64,000 bases of DNA from an uncultured Candidatus Berkelbacteria bacterium (GCA_903877885.1 CAIRFN010000007.1:111-64110); one strand, 5' to 3'; positions 39,223 to 48,997 are shown, numbered from the stretch's first letter. Program-made: numbers and translations. The notes: generated by a model from the letters alone, not told the origin.

Positions 39223-39280
39223 AAGTAATTATTTAATTCAGAATGCATAATTAATTAATTCTGAATTCTGCATTATCCAA

Positions 39281-40393
39281 TTAATTTTTCAGTTTCCCCC
39301 TAATAACATACCTTGTGCCTCCGAGGTTGGAAACCGCGCCTTTCATTTCTAACATAATTAGGGTGGTGTTGACAAGGGGTGGAGCCATTTTTGTGGCCAT
39401 AATCAGCTCATCAACCAACATTGGTTCTTTCAATAATCTTAACAGAATTTCTTCGTTTTGGCTATCGGCAACAATCACAGCTTGAGCTTCTTTCTCGAGT
39501 AAACTTTGTTCCATATTAAATTCAACCAAGATATCTTGGGCGTCCATAACCATTTTGGCACCCATTTGAATTAACCGATTTGGCCCTTCCGAAGTTTCCG
39601 AAAAAATTGAACCAGGAACAGCAAAAACTTCACGATTATAATCGAGCGCCGCTCGAGCCGTAATGAGCGAGCCGGAGTCAACCGCGCCTTCAATCACTAA
39701 AGTACCCAGCGACATTCCGGCAATAATTCGGTTGCGCATCGGAAAATTAAATTTTAAGGCCGGCGTACCGACAGGAAATTCCGAAATAATCGCTCCCCGA
39801 CCCTGAATGATCTGGTCTGCAAGGCGCACATTGCTCGCAGGATAGATTTGATCCAGTCCGCAACCTAAAACTGCCAGGGTACGGCCGCCGGCACGCAAGG
39901 CGGCCGTATGAGCCAAGGTATCGATTCCTAAAGCTAACCCTGAAATAATGGTCATTTTTTGTTTGGCCAGCGGATAAATTAACTTTTCCACTGCCCGCTC
40001 GCCATAATCAGTATATTTTCGAGAACCAACTACACCGATTGACAGTTCATCAACCAGTAAAATTTCGCCGCGATAATATAAAATTGCCGGCGGATCAGGA
40101 ATTTCTTTAAGTAGCTGTGGATAACTTTTGTCGGCCAGAGTCCAAACTTTGATTTTAAATCGATCTAATTTGGCCATTTCGCGATCCGGATCAACCCCGG
40201 CCACTACCTCTAAAACCGCTTTGATTTGACTAGAATCTAACCCTGACTCAAGCAATTTTCCTTTTTCACCTGTCCAGATTTTTGACATCTTGCCAAAACG
40301 TTTGTAAAGCTTTGTCAGCGTTCTGGCACCGATTTTCGGGTGAGTTGAGAGCGCGACCCAAAATTTTCGATCAAATTCAACTTCGTTTTCCAT
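39281..40393 (-). CDS. dprA: DNA-processing protein DprA
   Basis: VVGSR, ISGLALGIDT.AH, FPMRNRIIAG, SGSLITA, VFAVPG. Confidence 0.97.
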   Translation of the reverse strand: MENEVEFDRKFWVALSTHPKIGARTLTKLYKRFGKMSKIWTGEKGKLLESGLDSSQIKAVLEVVAGVDPDREMAKLDRFKIKVWTLADKSYPQLLKEIPDPPAILYYRGEILLVDELSIGVVGSRKYTDYGERAVEKLIYPLAKQKMTIISGLALGIDTLAHTAALRAGGRTLAVLGCGLDQIYPASNVRLADQIIQGRGAIISEFPVGTPALKFNFPMRNRIIAGMSLGTLVIEGAVDSGSLITARAALDYNREVFAVPGSIFSETSEGPNRLIQMGAKMVMDAQDILVEFNMEQSLLEKEAQAVIVADSQNEEILLRLLKEPMLVDELIMATKMAPPLVNTTLIMLEMKGAVSNLGGTRYVIRGKLKN

Positions 40394-40450
40394 GTTTTAA
40401 TTGTACCAAAAAAGCCTGAAAATATCAGACTTTTGAGGTTAAAAATAAAT

Positions 40451-41101
40451 TTAAAATATTTTACTGTCGCTCGGACCATGACTGGAAGATGATTTTGTTG
40501 AGGGTTTGGTCGAAGCATTTAAAGTCGGTGATGGCGCTGTTGGCACTGGAACTGGTGATAATGATAAAGTTGGAGTCGCCACTGGGGCCGGCTTTAAATA
40601 TTGGTAATTTGGACCGTAAATTACTTGCCAAGCGTTATTACTGCTGGCTGTAAAAATCAAATGATCCTGCATCGCCTTTTGCGCTTGCATTACCTGATCT
40701 TTAACTATGGTTGGACCAGATTTGGTTGCGCCTAAAACCGTCGTATGATGAACCAAATTTTCGGCAATAGTTTTATCATCAAAAACTTTTATATTGTAAG
40801 TGACAACTTGACCTTTGACTGGTTTGATTTTTTTGTTATTTTTGGCATCGCTCTTAACCCGATTAACTAAACTAGTAATTGTTTTAGCATTCGCATCAGA
40901 TTTAGCTAAATAAACAATCACCTCTGAACTGCCTTTGGTCGATACGATTTTGTATTTCTGAGTTAGCGCAATGAAACCAAAATAGCCGCCAATAATTAAG
41001 GCAACAATAATCAGACCAACCAAAAGCATTGGCACAAAACTTTTTTTGATTTGGCGCGGCATGATATGCGACGTTGACTGTGCTTGATTCATCGAGTTCA
41101 T
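40451..41101 (-). CDS. Hypothetical single-pass membrane protein
   Basis: N-terminal TM, Pro/Ser-rich tail. Confidence 0.7.
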   Translation of the reverse strand: MNSMNQAQSTSHIMPRQIKKSFVPMLLVGLIIVALIIGGYFGFIALTQKYKIVSTKGSSEVIVYLAKSDANAKTITSLVNRVKSDAKNNKKIKPVKGQVVTYNIKVFDDKTIAENLVHHTTVLGATKSGPTIVKDQVMQAQKAMQDHLIFTASSNNAWQVIYGPNYQYLKPAPVATPTLSLSPVPVPTAPSPTLNASTKPSTKSSSSHGPSDSKIF

Positions 41102-41188
41102 ATTCCCCTCCGATATTTAAAATTACCCCTCCGGGACCACATATTAATCATACATATTAAATAAAAAGATGTAAAGACGGCCGCTCTA

Positions 41189-41217
41189 TTGACATTTTAG
41201 GTTTAATATGGTATAAT
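41189..41217 (+). promoter_or_regulatory. Perfect consensus sigma70 promoter with extended -10
   Basis: TTGACA-17-(TGn)TATAAT. Confidence 0.85.
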
Positions 41218-41223
41218 AGTTTA

Positions 41224-41437
41224 ACAGAGTCGAAAGACCTGTATCAAGGTAAAAGGAAGAAATCTGGTTCGCCTACCCGTTTGTAGCGGATGTACTCAGG
41301 TTGGCCAGTTTCTCTCTGTTACCTTCACCCCAGTCTTGTACTTTAAAAAAAATTTGAGGCTGGTAAAATCCCGTAAGGGTGGTTGAGGTTCAAAGGAGAG
41401 GATAAACAAAAAGGAACTGCGCAAGCGGTTCCTTTTT
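41224..41437 (+). ncRNA. Candidate structured non-coding RNA (unassigned)
   Basis: Between consensus promoter and terminator; several hairpins including GAAA/GTAA tetraloops; no convincing ORF. Confidence 0.55.
41408..41437. terminator. Bidirectional intrinsic terminator
   Basis: AAAAAGGAACTGC-GCAA-GCGGTTCCTTTTT. Confidence 0.85.
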
Positions 41438-41456
41438 GTGTATAAAATAATTTTAA

Positions 41457-42026
41457 TTACCGAATGTCTTTTTTGAGGTCTAAATGATAAATTGAGCTCG
41501 GAGTGCCTTTGAGTTTTTCATTAGTTTCGATGGTTAGATCGGCTTCTTTTTTGATTTGATCTGAAACCTCAGCAAAATTGGCAGGAGTAGGCTCGCCTTT
41601 TTTATTGGCTGAAGTGGTCACAATTGGACCAACTTCGTCAATGAGCTTAGAAAGCCACGCATGATTTGGCAGTCGAATGCCAATCGTATTGTCTTCGGCC
41701 ACAATCATTTTGGGAAATTCAATGGCGTAATTTACAATATCATCGATAATCGTTAATTCGCCAGAATAGAATTTCTGATCTAATTTTAAGTCCAAAACCA
41801 AATCACTGTTTCTTTTACCATCAAAAACATTGCGACTCATTAAAACTGCAGTTGGTTGAGTCGCCGGCCGATTTTTAATTTTGTAAAGTTTGCGAATCGC
41901 TGTTTTATTTAAAATACAACCAATCCCATAAACCGTATCGGTAGGCATTACCAAAACACCACCAGAAGTTAAAACTTCGGTGGCGTTTTTTAGACTATCT
42001 TTTGATTTAATATCGATGATATTCAT
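41457..42026 (-). CDS. tsaC: Threonylcarbamoyl-AMP synthase (TsaC/Sua5/YrdC)
   Basis: PTDTVYG, KIKNRP, IGIRLP, TTSAN. Confidence 0.9.
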   Translation of the reverse strand: MNIIDIKSKDSLKNATEVLTSGGVLVMPTDTVYGIGCILNKTAIRKLYKIKNRPATQPTAVLMSRNVFDGKRNSDLVLDLKLDQKFYSGELTIIDDIVNYAIEFPKMIVAEDNTIGIRLPNHAWLSKLIDEVGPIVTTSANKKGEPTPANFAEVSDQIKKEADLTIETNEKLKGTPSSIYHLDLKKDIR

Positions 42027-42032
42027 AGTGAA

Positions 42033-42084
42033 TTATTGCGATGGAATACAGAGCAACAAGGTTCTGCCGCAAGGCAGGTTCTTA
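42033..42084. repeat. 52-bp dispersed repeat (copy 1)
   Basis: TTATTGCGATGGAATACAGAGCAACAAGGTTCTGCCGCAAGGCAGGTTCTTA; second copy at 61594-61645. Confidence 0.9.
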
Positions 42085-42504
42085 CTTAACTTCAATCCCC
42101 ATGCTTTTGCAGGTTCCGCGAACGATTTCTTTAGCTGACTCTAGTTCAAAAGCATTGGTATCTTGCATTTTTTGTTTGGCAATTTCTTCAACTTGAGCTT
42201 CGGTGATTTTGCCAACTTTTTCACGATTCGGCACGCCTGAACCTTTAGCCACACCAGCCGCTTTCATAATGAGGTTAGCCATTGGTGGCTGTTTCATAAT
42301 GAAATCAAAAGTACGATCTTCATAAACAGTGATTTCGACCGGAATAACAGTGTCGCCCATGGAACGGGTCGCTTCATTGAATTTGTTTACAAAGTCCATG
42401 ATGTTTAAACCATGTTGACCCAAAGCTGGACCAATTGGAGGCGCTGGATTAGCTTTTCCGGCTGGAGCTTGTAATTTGATGATTGTTTTAATTTTCTTTG
42501 CCAT
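42082..42504 (-). CDS. rplK: 50S ribosomal protein uL11
   Basis: [18 protein letters not shown]. Confidence 0.98.
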   Translation of the reverse strand: MAKKIKTIIKLQAPAGKANPAPPIGPALGQHGLNIMDFVNKFNEATRSMGDTVIPVEITVYEDRTFDFIMKQPPMANLIMKAAGVAKGSGVPNREKVGKITEAQVEEIAKQKMQDTNAFELESAKEIVRGTCKSMGIEVK

Positions 42505-42526
42505 GATATCCTTTGGAATATTTTAT

Positions 42527-43273
42527 TTATACTTTATTTACTTGTAAAAAGTCGAGGGAGACTGGTGTTTCACGACCAAACATATTAACCAAGACTTTAA
42601 TTTTACCTTTGCTTTCATCAATTTCGGTCACTTTGGCTTCAAAACCCTTGAGCGGACCATCATTGATACGAACCAAATCGCCAGGGCGATATTCGATTTT
42701 ATATTTCGGTTCTTCTACACCCATCCGTTTTTTAATTCGATCGATTTCATCTGGCATCATTGGAGTTGGTCGCACCCCGAGACCAATAAAACCAGTCACG
42801 TTTGGAGTATTTCGAACAATATACCATGAATCGTCGGTAACGGTCATTTCGACCATGACATAACCTGGGAAAATTCTTTTTTCGACAGTTTTTCGTTTGC
42901 CATTTTTGATTTCAATTTGCTTTTCTTTCGGCACCAAAACTTGGAAAATTTTATCTTCCATACCCAAAGATTCGATTCTTTGTTTAAGGTTTTCCGCCAC
43001 TTGTTCTTCGTAACCAGAATAAGTATGAATTACATACCAACCACGGTCACCAGTTTGCTTTTGGGTTAAAAATCGATTTTCAGTTTCAACCGCATCATCA
43101 ACAATATCTTCTTCGGATTCTTCTTTAGTGTCTTTAGCCGCATCTTCAGTTGGTTCAGCCGCTTCGATTTCGCGACCAACTTCCTGAATTATATCATCTT
43201 CAACCTTAATTTCTTCGGCTGAAGTTTGATCGATTTGGTCTTTAGTTGTTTGTGCTTGGTTATTTTGATCCAT
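42527..43273 (-). CDS. nusG: Transcription factor NusG with acidic N-terminal extension
   Basis: WYVIHTYSGYE, FPGYV, RNTPNVTGF, KOW GDLVRINDGP, MFGRETPV. Confidence 0.96.
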   Translation of the reverse strand: MDQNNQAQTTKDQIDQTSAEEIKVEDDIIQEVGREIEAAEPTEDAAKDTKEESEEDIVDDAVETENRFLTQKQTGDRGWYVIHTYSGYEEQVAENLKQRIESLGMEDKIFQVLVPKEKQIEIKNGKRKTVEKRIFPGYVMVEMTVTDDSWYIVRNTPNVTGFIGLGVRPTPMMPDEIDRIKKRMGVEEPKYKIEYRPGDLVRINDGPLKGFEAKVTEIDESKGKIKVLVNMFGRETPVSLDFLQVNKV

Positions 43274-43304
43274 TTTGTCCTCTTTTTTAAAGTGGATTGT
43301 TTGG

Positions 43305-43499
43305 TTAGACTTTAGAATAGATGAGCCATTGAATTGTGGAGAATAATCCGAAATCAATCGCTGCAATTAAAGCCATGGCTACGGCAACTGCCACAATCAC
43401 AATAATCGTATGGTTGATGACTGTTTTACGGTCTGGCCAAATGACTTTTTTTAATTCTTCGTATGATCCGATGAAAAAATTTTGAATTTTTCCAATCAT
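43305..43499 (-). CDS. secE: Preprotein translocase subunit SecE
   Basis: ELKKVIWP + TM, upstream of nusG. Confidence 0.95.
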   Translation of the reverse strand: MIGKIQNFFIGSYEELKKVIWPDRKTVINHTIIVIVAVAVAMALIAAIDFGLFSTIQWLIYSKV

Positions 43500-43500
43500 A

Positions 43501-43770
43501 TTATTTAATAGCCTCAATCTTAATTTCAGTAAACGCTTGACGGTGACCCTTAGTTCGTTGATAACGTTTCTTAGAATTGAATTTCAAAACTGTGATTTTA
43601 TCATGACGACCTTGGCCCAAAATCGAAGCGGTCACTTTTTTACCACCTAAAATATCGTCGAAATCGAGTTTGGCGTTATCTTCGCCTTCGATTTTTTCGA
43701 CTTTGATCACGTCGCCGGCTTCAACTTTATATTGTTTTCCCCCAGTTTTGATAATGGCAATTTCTGACAT
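43501..43770 (-). CDS. rplU: 50S ribosomal protein bL21 (short)
   Basis: AIIKTGGKQYKV, GHRQ.FT. Confidence 0.95.
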   Translation of the reverse strand: MSEIAIIKTGGKQYKVEAGDVIKVEKIEGEDNAKLDFDDILGGKKVTASILGQGRHDKITVLKFNSKKRYQRTKGHRQAFTEIKIEAIK

Positions 43771-43884
43771 AAATCCTCTTTAACTTCTTTAATTTTATTA
43801 TATATAAATTTTTGTCGATTTCAAAAAATCCCCGAGGGGACTGTTACATATCTATAATATAACAGTTGTCGATGTTTGTCAAGA

Positions 43885-44985
43885 CTAAAAATTAATCTGG
43901 CGATGACGCATGTAAATGCTTTGTAGAATACCAATCGCCGCCATATTAGTTAGCATGGCCGAGCCGCCATAAGAAACAAAAGGTAGCGGAATACCAGTTA
44001 CTGGCATAATTCCCATATTCATGCCAATATTAACCAGAATTTGAAACAAAAACATGGCCGCAAAGCCAACACTCAAATACATCCCAAAGTCATCTTTAGC
44101 CACTTTGGCAACGTTTATGACTCGAAAAACTAAAATCATTAATAGAATAAACAGAAAAATTGAGCCGAAAAACCCGGTCGATTCGGCAGTGCCGGCAAAA
44201 ATAAAATCAGTGTGAGCCACTGGCAAAAAGTTAAGTTGCGACTGCGAACCTTTGCCTAAACCAGTGCCAACTAGGCCGCCGGAGCCAATGGCAATTTTCG
44301 ATTGACTGACATTGTAACCGGCGCCATGCGGATCAGACGCCGGATTAATAAAAGCTTCAATTCGATTTTTTTGGTATGGCTTTAAAAAATGCCAAGCTAC
44401 CGGCATTAAACAGAGGAAAACTGCCAAACTGATAATTAAATACAATTTTTTAATTGGCGAAAGAATTAACATCACAATCGTGACAATAAATACAACCGAA
44501 GCCGTACCTAAATCTGGTTGAACTAAAATAAGTAAAAGCGGCAAACCAATTAATCCTAAAACCCAGAAATATTTTTTTAAATCAAACTCGCCGGCCCAGT
44601 CAGTAAAAAGTTTGGCTAAAAATATCACCACTACCAATTTAAAAACTTCCGATGGTTGAAGTTGGAAAACATATAAATTAATCCAGCGAGTCGCGCCAAA
44701 AGTACTGGCACCCAAAAATAGAACCAATAAAAGTAAACCCAAACCAAGTAAATAGAGAATTAAATATAAACCTTTGAGCGTGCGATAATCGAAAAACATT
44801 AAAGCAACGGCAGCAATTAAACCAATAACTAAATATTCGATTTGATCAATTGCGATATTTGATTTACTACCGTAGCTAATGGAAAAAATAATCACAATCC
44901 CGAAAACAGCTAAAAGAATTGGAATGATGTACAGACTCCAATCAAAACCAAAGTTAAACTTTAGTTTTGGCCAACCAATTTTCAC
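43885..44985 (-). CDS. rodA: SEDS peptidoglycan polymerase RodA
   Basis: GATRWI, QPSE, QPDLGT, QSKIAIGSGG, HTDFIF, GIPLPFVSYGGS. Confidence 0.93.
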   Translation of the reverse strand: MKIGWPKLKFNFGFDWSLYIIPILLAVFGIVIIFSISYGSKSNIAIDQIEYLVIGLIAAVALMFFDYRTLKGLYLILYLLGLGLLLLVLFLGASTFGATRWINLYVFQLQPSEVFKLVVVIFLAKLFTDWAGEFDLKKYFWVLGLIGLPLLLILVQPDLGTASVVFIVTIVMLILSPIKKLYLIISLAVFLCLMPVAWHFLKPYQKNRIEAFINPASDPHGAGYNVSQSKIAIGSGGLVGTGLGKGSQSQLNFLPVAHTDFIFAGTAESTGFFGSIFLFILLMILVFRVINVAKVAKDDFGMYLSVGFAAMFLFQILVNIGMNMGIMPVTGIPLPFVSYGGSAMLTNMAAIGILQSIYMRHRQINF

Positions 44986-47765
44986 GCTTTTTCTCCTAGA
45001 ATAATGTCAGCGCCTTCTACTTGGCTCACGTTCGACAAGTTAGTTTCTTTTTTCAATTCTTCAGTATATTTTTCAATTATTTCAAAATCAGCAAAATCCT
45101 TGCCGTAAAAAAGTTCTACTTTATCGCCTTGATTTAAGCCAGCCGCTTTTCGCAGATCTTGAACCACTCGTATCAAATCGCGATATCTACCTTCTACTAG
45201 CAAGTCGTTCGTGAGCTTAGTATCGAGCTCGATTTCGCTAGTAATATTTTTGTCAACTTTTATTTCTTTGACATTGATTTCATCTTTCAAAATTTCTTGC
45301 AGTTCATTTGCTAATTCGATTTTAATTGTGGCACTAGCCAAAGGTTGTCGAATTCGGATTTTGGCTTCGGCCCTAGCCGCGTGGGCTTTTTCAACTAATT
45401 CTTTAACTTTCGCCATTTGATCTAAAATTGTTTGATCAATCTCCCCTGCTTTTGGCCAGTCAGCAAGATGGACAGATTCAGCACCATCAGTTTTCAAATT
45501 TTGATAAATTGCTTCAGCTGTAAAAGGGATAAAAGGCGCGGAAAGCTTGGCCAAATTAATTAAAATATGAAATAATGTGGCATAAAAATCATTATCACGG
45601 CGTTTGCGCGATCGGCGTAAATACCAGGTTGAAAGTTCGTTAGTAAATTCACTAATTGCCCTGGCGGCATTCATAATATTATACTCATCTAAATTTTCAG
45701 TCACATCGGTTATTAGTTGATTAAACTCACTTAAAACCCATTTATCCAAAAGATTTTCGGATTTAGATTGCCAATTTGGATCGCGAAGAGCAGGTTTAAA
45801 TTCATCGATATTCGCGTAAGTAGTGAAAAAGGAATAAACATTCCAGAGTGTTAAAATAAATTGACGCAAAGTTTGTTCCATGTTTCGCGCGCTCATTCGT
45901 TTAGGCATGCCTGGATCATTGACTGTGTAGAAAAACCAACGGACCGAGTCGGCGCCGAATTGATCAATCACTTCCCATGGACTGATAATATTACCCTTGC
46001 TCTTACTCATCTTCTTACCAGTTTCATCTAAAATATGAGCATAACAAATGACATTTTTGTATGGTGATTCCTCACCTAAACAAGTTGCAATTGCCAACAA
46101 AGTGTAAAACCAACCTCGAGTTTGGTCGATTGCCTCGCAAATATAATCTGCCGGATAATTTTCCGGAAATTCTCCACTAGCAAAAGGCATTGCACCAGAG
46201 TCAAACCAAACATCAATCACTTCGGAAACTCGATGCATTGATTTGCCACAACTATCACATTTAATTTTTACCTCATCAACATATGGTTTATGCAAATCTA
46301 AATCATCGGCAAAATTTGTTATTGCTTTTTCTTTCAATTCTGTCACACTACCAATAATCTGATGTTGGCCGCACTCGCATTCCCAAATTGGCAACGGTGT
46401 CCCCCAATAACGTTCTCTTGATAATGCCCAATCCTTAATATCTTTGAGCCACTCGCCAAAACGGCCATTTTTGATATAGCCAGGAATCCAGTTAATTGTC
46501 TCATTATTGCTCAATAATTTATCGCGAAGTTGGTTCATTTTGATAAACCAAGTTTGTTTGGCAAAATAGATGAGCGGTGAATCACAGCGCCAGCAAAATG
46601 GATATTCGTGTTTAAATTTTTCTTCTTTATAAAGCAAGTGACGTTCAGCTAAATCGGCTTTGACATCAACATCAGCATCTTTAACAAATTTTTCTTTCGC
46701 AAGATCTGTTAGCATTTTACCGTCTGGCCCAACCGTCATCGGGATAGAAAAACTATTTTCTTCTTGCAAATTTTTATCATCAACACCATAAGCTGGAGCA
46801 ATATGGACAATGCCAGAACCGTCAGTATCAGTCACAAAATTAGCCGCCCAGACACGATAATCTTTAGCTGGATTTAGTTCGACAATTTTAGAAATATCAA
46901 ATAGCGGTAAATATTCTTGGCCGACCAAATCCTGTCCACTTAATTCACGAACAACGTCGTAATTAGGTTTCAAAACTTTCAACCTACTTTCGGCTAAAAT
47001 TAAATTACCTTCTTCAGTTTTTACTTCAACATATTTGAAATTTTTATTAATAGCCAAGGCGATATTGGCAGGCAATGTCCATGGTGTAGTTGTCCAAACC
47101 AGAAAATAAGTATCTTTCTTGTCTTTTAAAGCAAATTTTACATAAGCCGATTGGTCTTCAACGATTTTATAACCTTGAGCAACTTCATGACTAGATAAAG
47201 TTGTGCCACAACGTGGACAATATGGTACTACTTTAAAACCGGAATAGATTAAATCTTTATCCCAGATTTTTTTGAGCACGCCCCAAACTTTTTCAATATA
47301 GGAATTTTCGTAGGTAATATATGGCTTATTTAGATCAACCCAAAAACCGATTCGCTCGGTTAATTTCTCCCACTCGGTTTTATAAGTCCAAACACTTTCG
47401 CGACATTTTTCATTAAATTTGGCAACACCATAATCTTCGATTTGTTTTTTTCCAGAAATACCTAGTTGCTTCTCCACTTCAATTTCCACCGGCAAACCAT
47501 GAGTGTCCCAACCAGCTTTACGACTGACGTGATACCCACGCATAGTTTTGTAACGCGGAATTAAATCCTTAAACGCTCGGCCGATAACATGATGAATGCC
47601 AGGTTTACCATTGGCTGTTGGCGGACCCTCATAAAAGACGAATTTTCCCGATGGAGCGTCTTTTTCTAAGGATTTCTTAAAAATTTCATTCTTTTGCCAA
47701 AATTGCAGAATTTCTTCTTCTAATTGAGGAAAATTTTGTCTTGGATCAACTTCTTTAAAATTCAT
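44982..47765 (-). CDS. ileS: Isoleucyl-tRNA synthetase (type 2)
   Basis: EGPPTANG, GWDTHGLP, WTTTPWTL, SRERYWG, DQTRGWF, KMSKS. Confidence 0.97.
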   Translation of the reverse strand: MNFKEVDPRQNFPQLEEEILQFWQKNEIFKKSLEKDAPSGKFVFYEGPPTANGKPGIHHVIGRAFKDLIPRYKTMRGYHVSRKAGWDTHGLPVEIEVEKQLGISGKKQIEDYGVAKFNEKCRESVWTYKTEWEKLTERIGFWVDLNKPYITYENSYIEKVWGVLKKIWDKDLIYSGFKVVPYCPRCGTTLSSHEVAQGYKIVEDQSAYVKFALKDKKDTYFLVWTTTPWTLPANIALAINKNFKYVEVKTEEGNLILAESRLKVLKPNYDVVRELSGQDLVGQEYLPLFDISKIVELNPAKDYRVWAANFVTDTDGSGIVHIAPAYGVDDKNLQEENSFSIPMTVGPDGKMLTDLAKEKFVKDADVDVKADLAERHLLYKEEKFKHEYPFCWRCDSPLIYFAKQTWFIKMNQLRDKLLSNNETINWIPGYIKNGRFGEWLKDIKDWALSRERYWGTPLPIWECECGQHQIIGSVTELKEKAITNFADDLDLHKPYVDEVKIKCDSCGKSMHRVSEVIDVWFDSGAMPFASGEFPENYPADYICEAIDQTRGWFYTLLAIATCLGEESPYKNVICYAHILDETGKKMSKSKGNIISPWEVIDQFGADSVRWFFYTVNDPGMPKRMSARNMEQTLRQFILTLWNVYSFFTTYANIDEFKPALRDPNWQSKSENLLDKWVLSEFNQLITDVTENLDEYNIMNAARAISEFTNELSTWYLRRSRKRRDNDFYATLFHILINLAKLSAPFIPFTAEAIYQNLKTDGAESVHLADWPKAGEIDQTILDQMAKVKELVEKAHAARAEAKIRIRQPLASATIKIELANELQEILKDEINVKEIKVDKNITSEIELDTKLTNDLLVEGRYRDLIRVVQDLRKAAGLNQGDKVELFYGKDFADFEIIEKYTEELKKETNLSNVSQVEGADIILGEKA

Positions 47766-47766
47766 A

Positions 47767-48198
47767 TTAAACTCCGTTTTGATTATCCAGCGCTTTGTTA
47801 ACTAAAGCGTCGGCTTCTTTATTTTGTTCACGAGGAACGTAACTAAAATTAATTTGACCACCCAAATCCATCATCAACCCGCGAATTTGCCAAAACAAAG
47901 GTTTTAATCCTTCATTTTTCATTTTGTAGTTACCATTTAATTGTTCCACCACTAATTGTGAGTCCAGAAAAAAATCGATTTCCACATCGTCTTTAATATT
48001 TTCTTTGACCCACTCTAGAGCTTTAACAACGGCTGAATATTCGGCAATATTATTTGTAGCCACACCAATAAATTCGGAGATTTCTTCGACTCGATCGCCT
48101 AAATTTATAACCACACCGCAAGCGGCCGGCCCAGGGTTACCACGAGAACCACCATCAGTATGAATAATTATTTTTTGAATTTTTTCAGTTTTTTCCAT
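47767..48198 (-). CDS. rnhA: Ribonuclease HI
   Basis: TDGGSRGNPGPA, TNNIAEY, DSQLVV, VPREQNKEAD. Confidence 0.93.
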   Translation of the reverse strand: MEKTEKIQKIIIHTDGGSRGNPGPAACGVVINLGDRVEEISEFIGVATNNIAEYSAVVKALEWVKENIKDDVEIDFFLDSQLVVEQLNGNYKMKNEGLKPLFWQIRGLMMDLGGQINFSYVPREQNKEADALVNKALDNQNGV

Positions 48199-48270
48199 AT
48201 CTATATCTTACCGATTTTCCCCTACAATATCAAGACCAAAAACAATCTAAAAAAATATTGTTTAGTTCTT

Positions 48271-48306
48271 TTAACACATTATGCGCATATACGCAAAATG
48301 TGTTAA
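48271..48306. repeat. Palindrome containing 25-bp direct repeat (downstream copy)
   Basis: TTAACACATTATGCG-CATATA-CGCAAAATGTGTTAA; 48282-48306 identical to 48973-48997. Confidence 0.9.
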
Positions 48307-48334
48307 ATAATTATTTTAGATTATATTATTTTAT

Positions 48335-48946
48335 TTATCTTTTCCTTGATCTAAGATCCTTTCCTTGATTTAAGATACCTCGATCGACAAATTCAGAGAC
48401 TAAATCAATTTCTGATTCGATAATATCGGCCACCAAATATTTAACATATAGCTCGATTTGATAGAGATCTCTTAAATAACTAATCTCGCGAGCGCAATCA
48501 TAAGGAAAAACAAAAACTGATTTTTGAATTTGATAAAAACCAATTTCCTGGAGTTTGCGTCGGAAAGCATCCCTGGTTTTACCCTTAGTATTAGGAATAT
48601 CGAAAAGTACAATTCGCCATTTTCCATCCCAACTAGTTTTGGCAACTTTAGGCATTTCTCTAGCCAAATAATTGGGCACCAAATTTTTCCCTTTTTGAGT
48701 CAACTCGACTATCTCCCTGTTATCCTTATGAAAAACTTCGATAATTTTTTCTTTTTTTAACCGGTTTAAAATAGCTCGAAAACGACTTTTATCAAATTCT
48801 CGCCAAGAAAAATAATCGTCAATCGCCTTTTGATAATTCTTACTACCATCAAAAATTTGATACATAAAATTGTGCGCATCGATCAAATAAAGCATAATTT
48901 GTCTGGTAGTCAAAATAACTTTTTTTACCATTATTTTCTTTTGCAT
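48335..48946 (-). CDS. PaaX-like wHTH + Cas2/VapD-like domain protein
   Basis: LNRLKKEKII...ELTQKG; WDGKWRIVLFDIP...RDAFRRKLQEIGFYQIQKSVFVFPY; start codon uncertain. Confidence 0.85.
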   Translation of the reverse strand: MQKKIMVKKVILTTRQIMLYLIDAHNFMYQIFDGSKNYQKAIDDYFSWREFDKSRFRAILNRLKKEKIIEVFHKDNREIVELTQKGKNLVPNYLAREMPKVAKTSWDGKWRIVLFDIPNTKGKTRDAFRRKLQEIGFYQIQKSVFVFPYDCAREISYLRDLYQIELYVKYLVADIIESEIDLVSEFVDRGILNQGKDLRSRKR

Positions 48947-48972
48947 TTTTATCTTCAATTTTTATAATTTTT

Positions 48973-48997
48973 TGCGCATATACGCAAAATGTGTTAA
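48973..48997. repeat. 25-bp direct repeat (upstream copy)
   Basis: TGCGCATATACGCAAAATGTGTTAA. Confidence 0.9.

Noticed and set aside
40403-40436. Terminator followed by GTAC as another cassette-end signature
   Set aside because: The GTAC here is better explained as part of the TACAAT -10 box of dprA.
43274-43366. Longer nusG start
   Set aside because: Overlaps secE, and an AGAGGA RBS supports ATG 43273.
48335-48946. Cas2 of a CRISPR-Cas locus
   Set aside because: It is a wHTH fusion of PaaX type, with no cas1 or array nearby.
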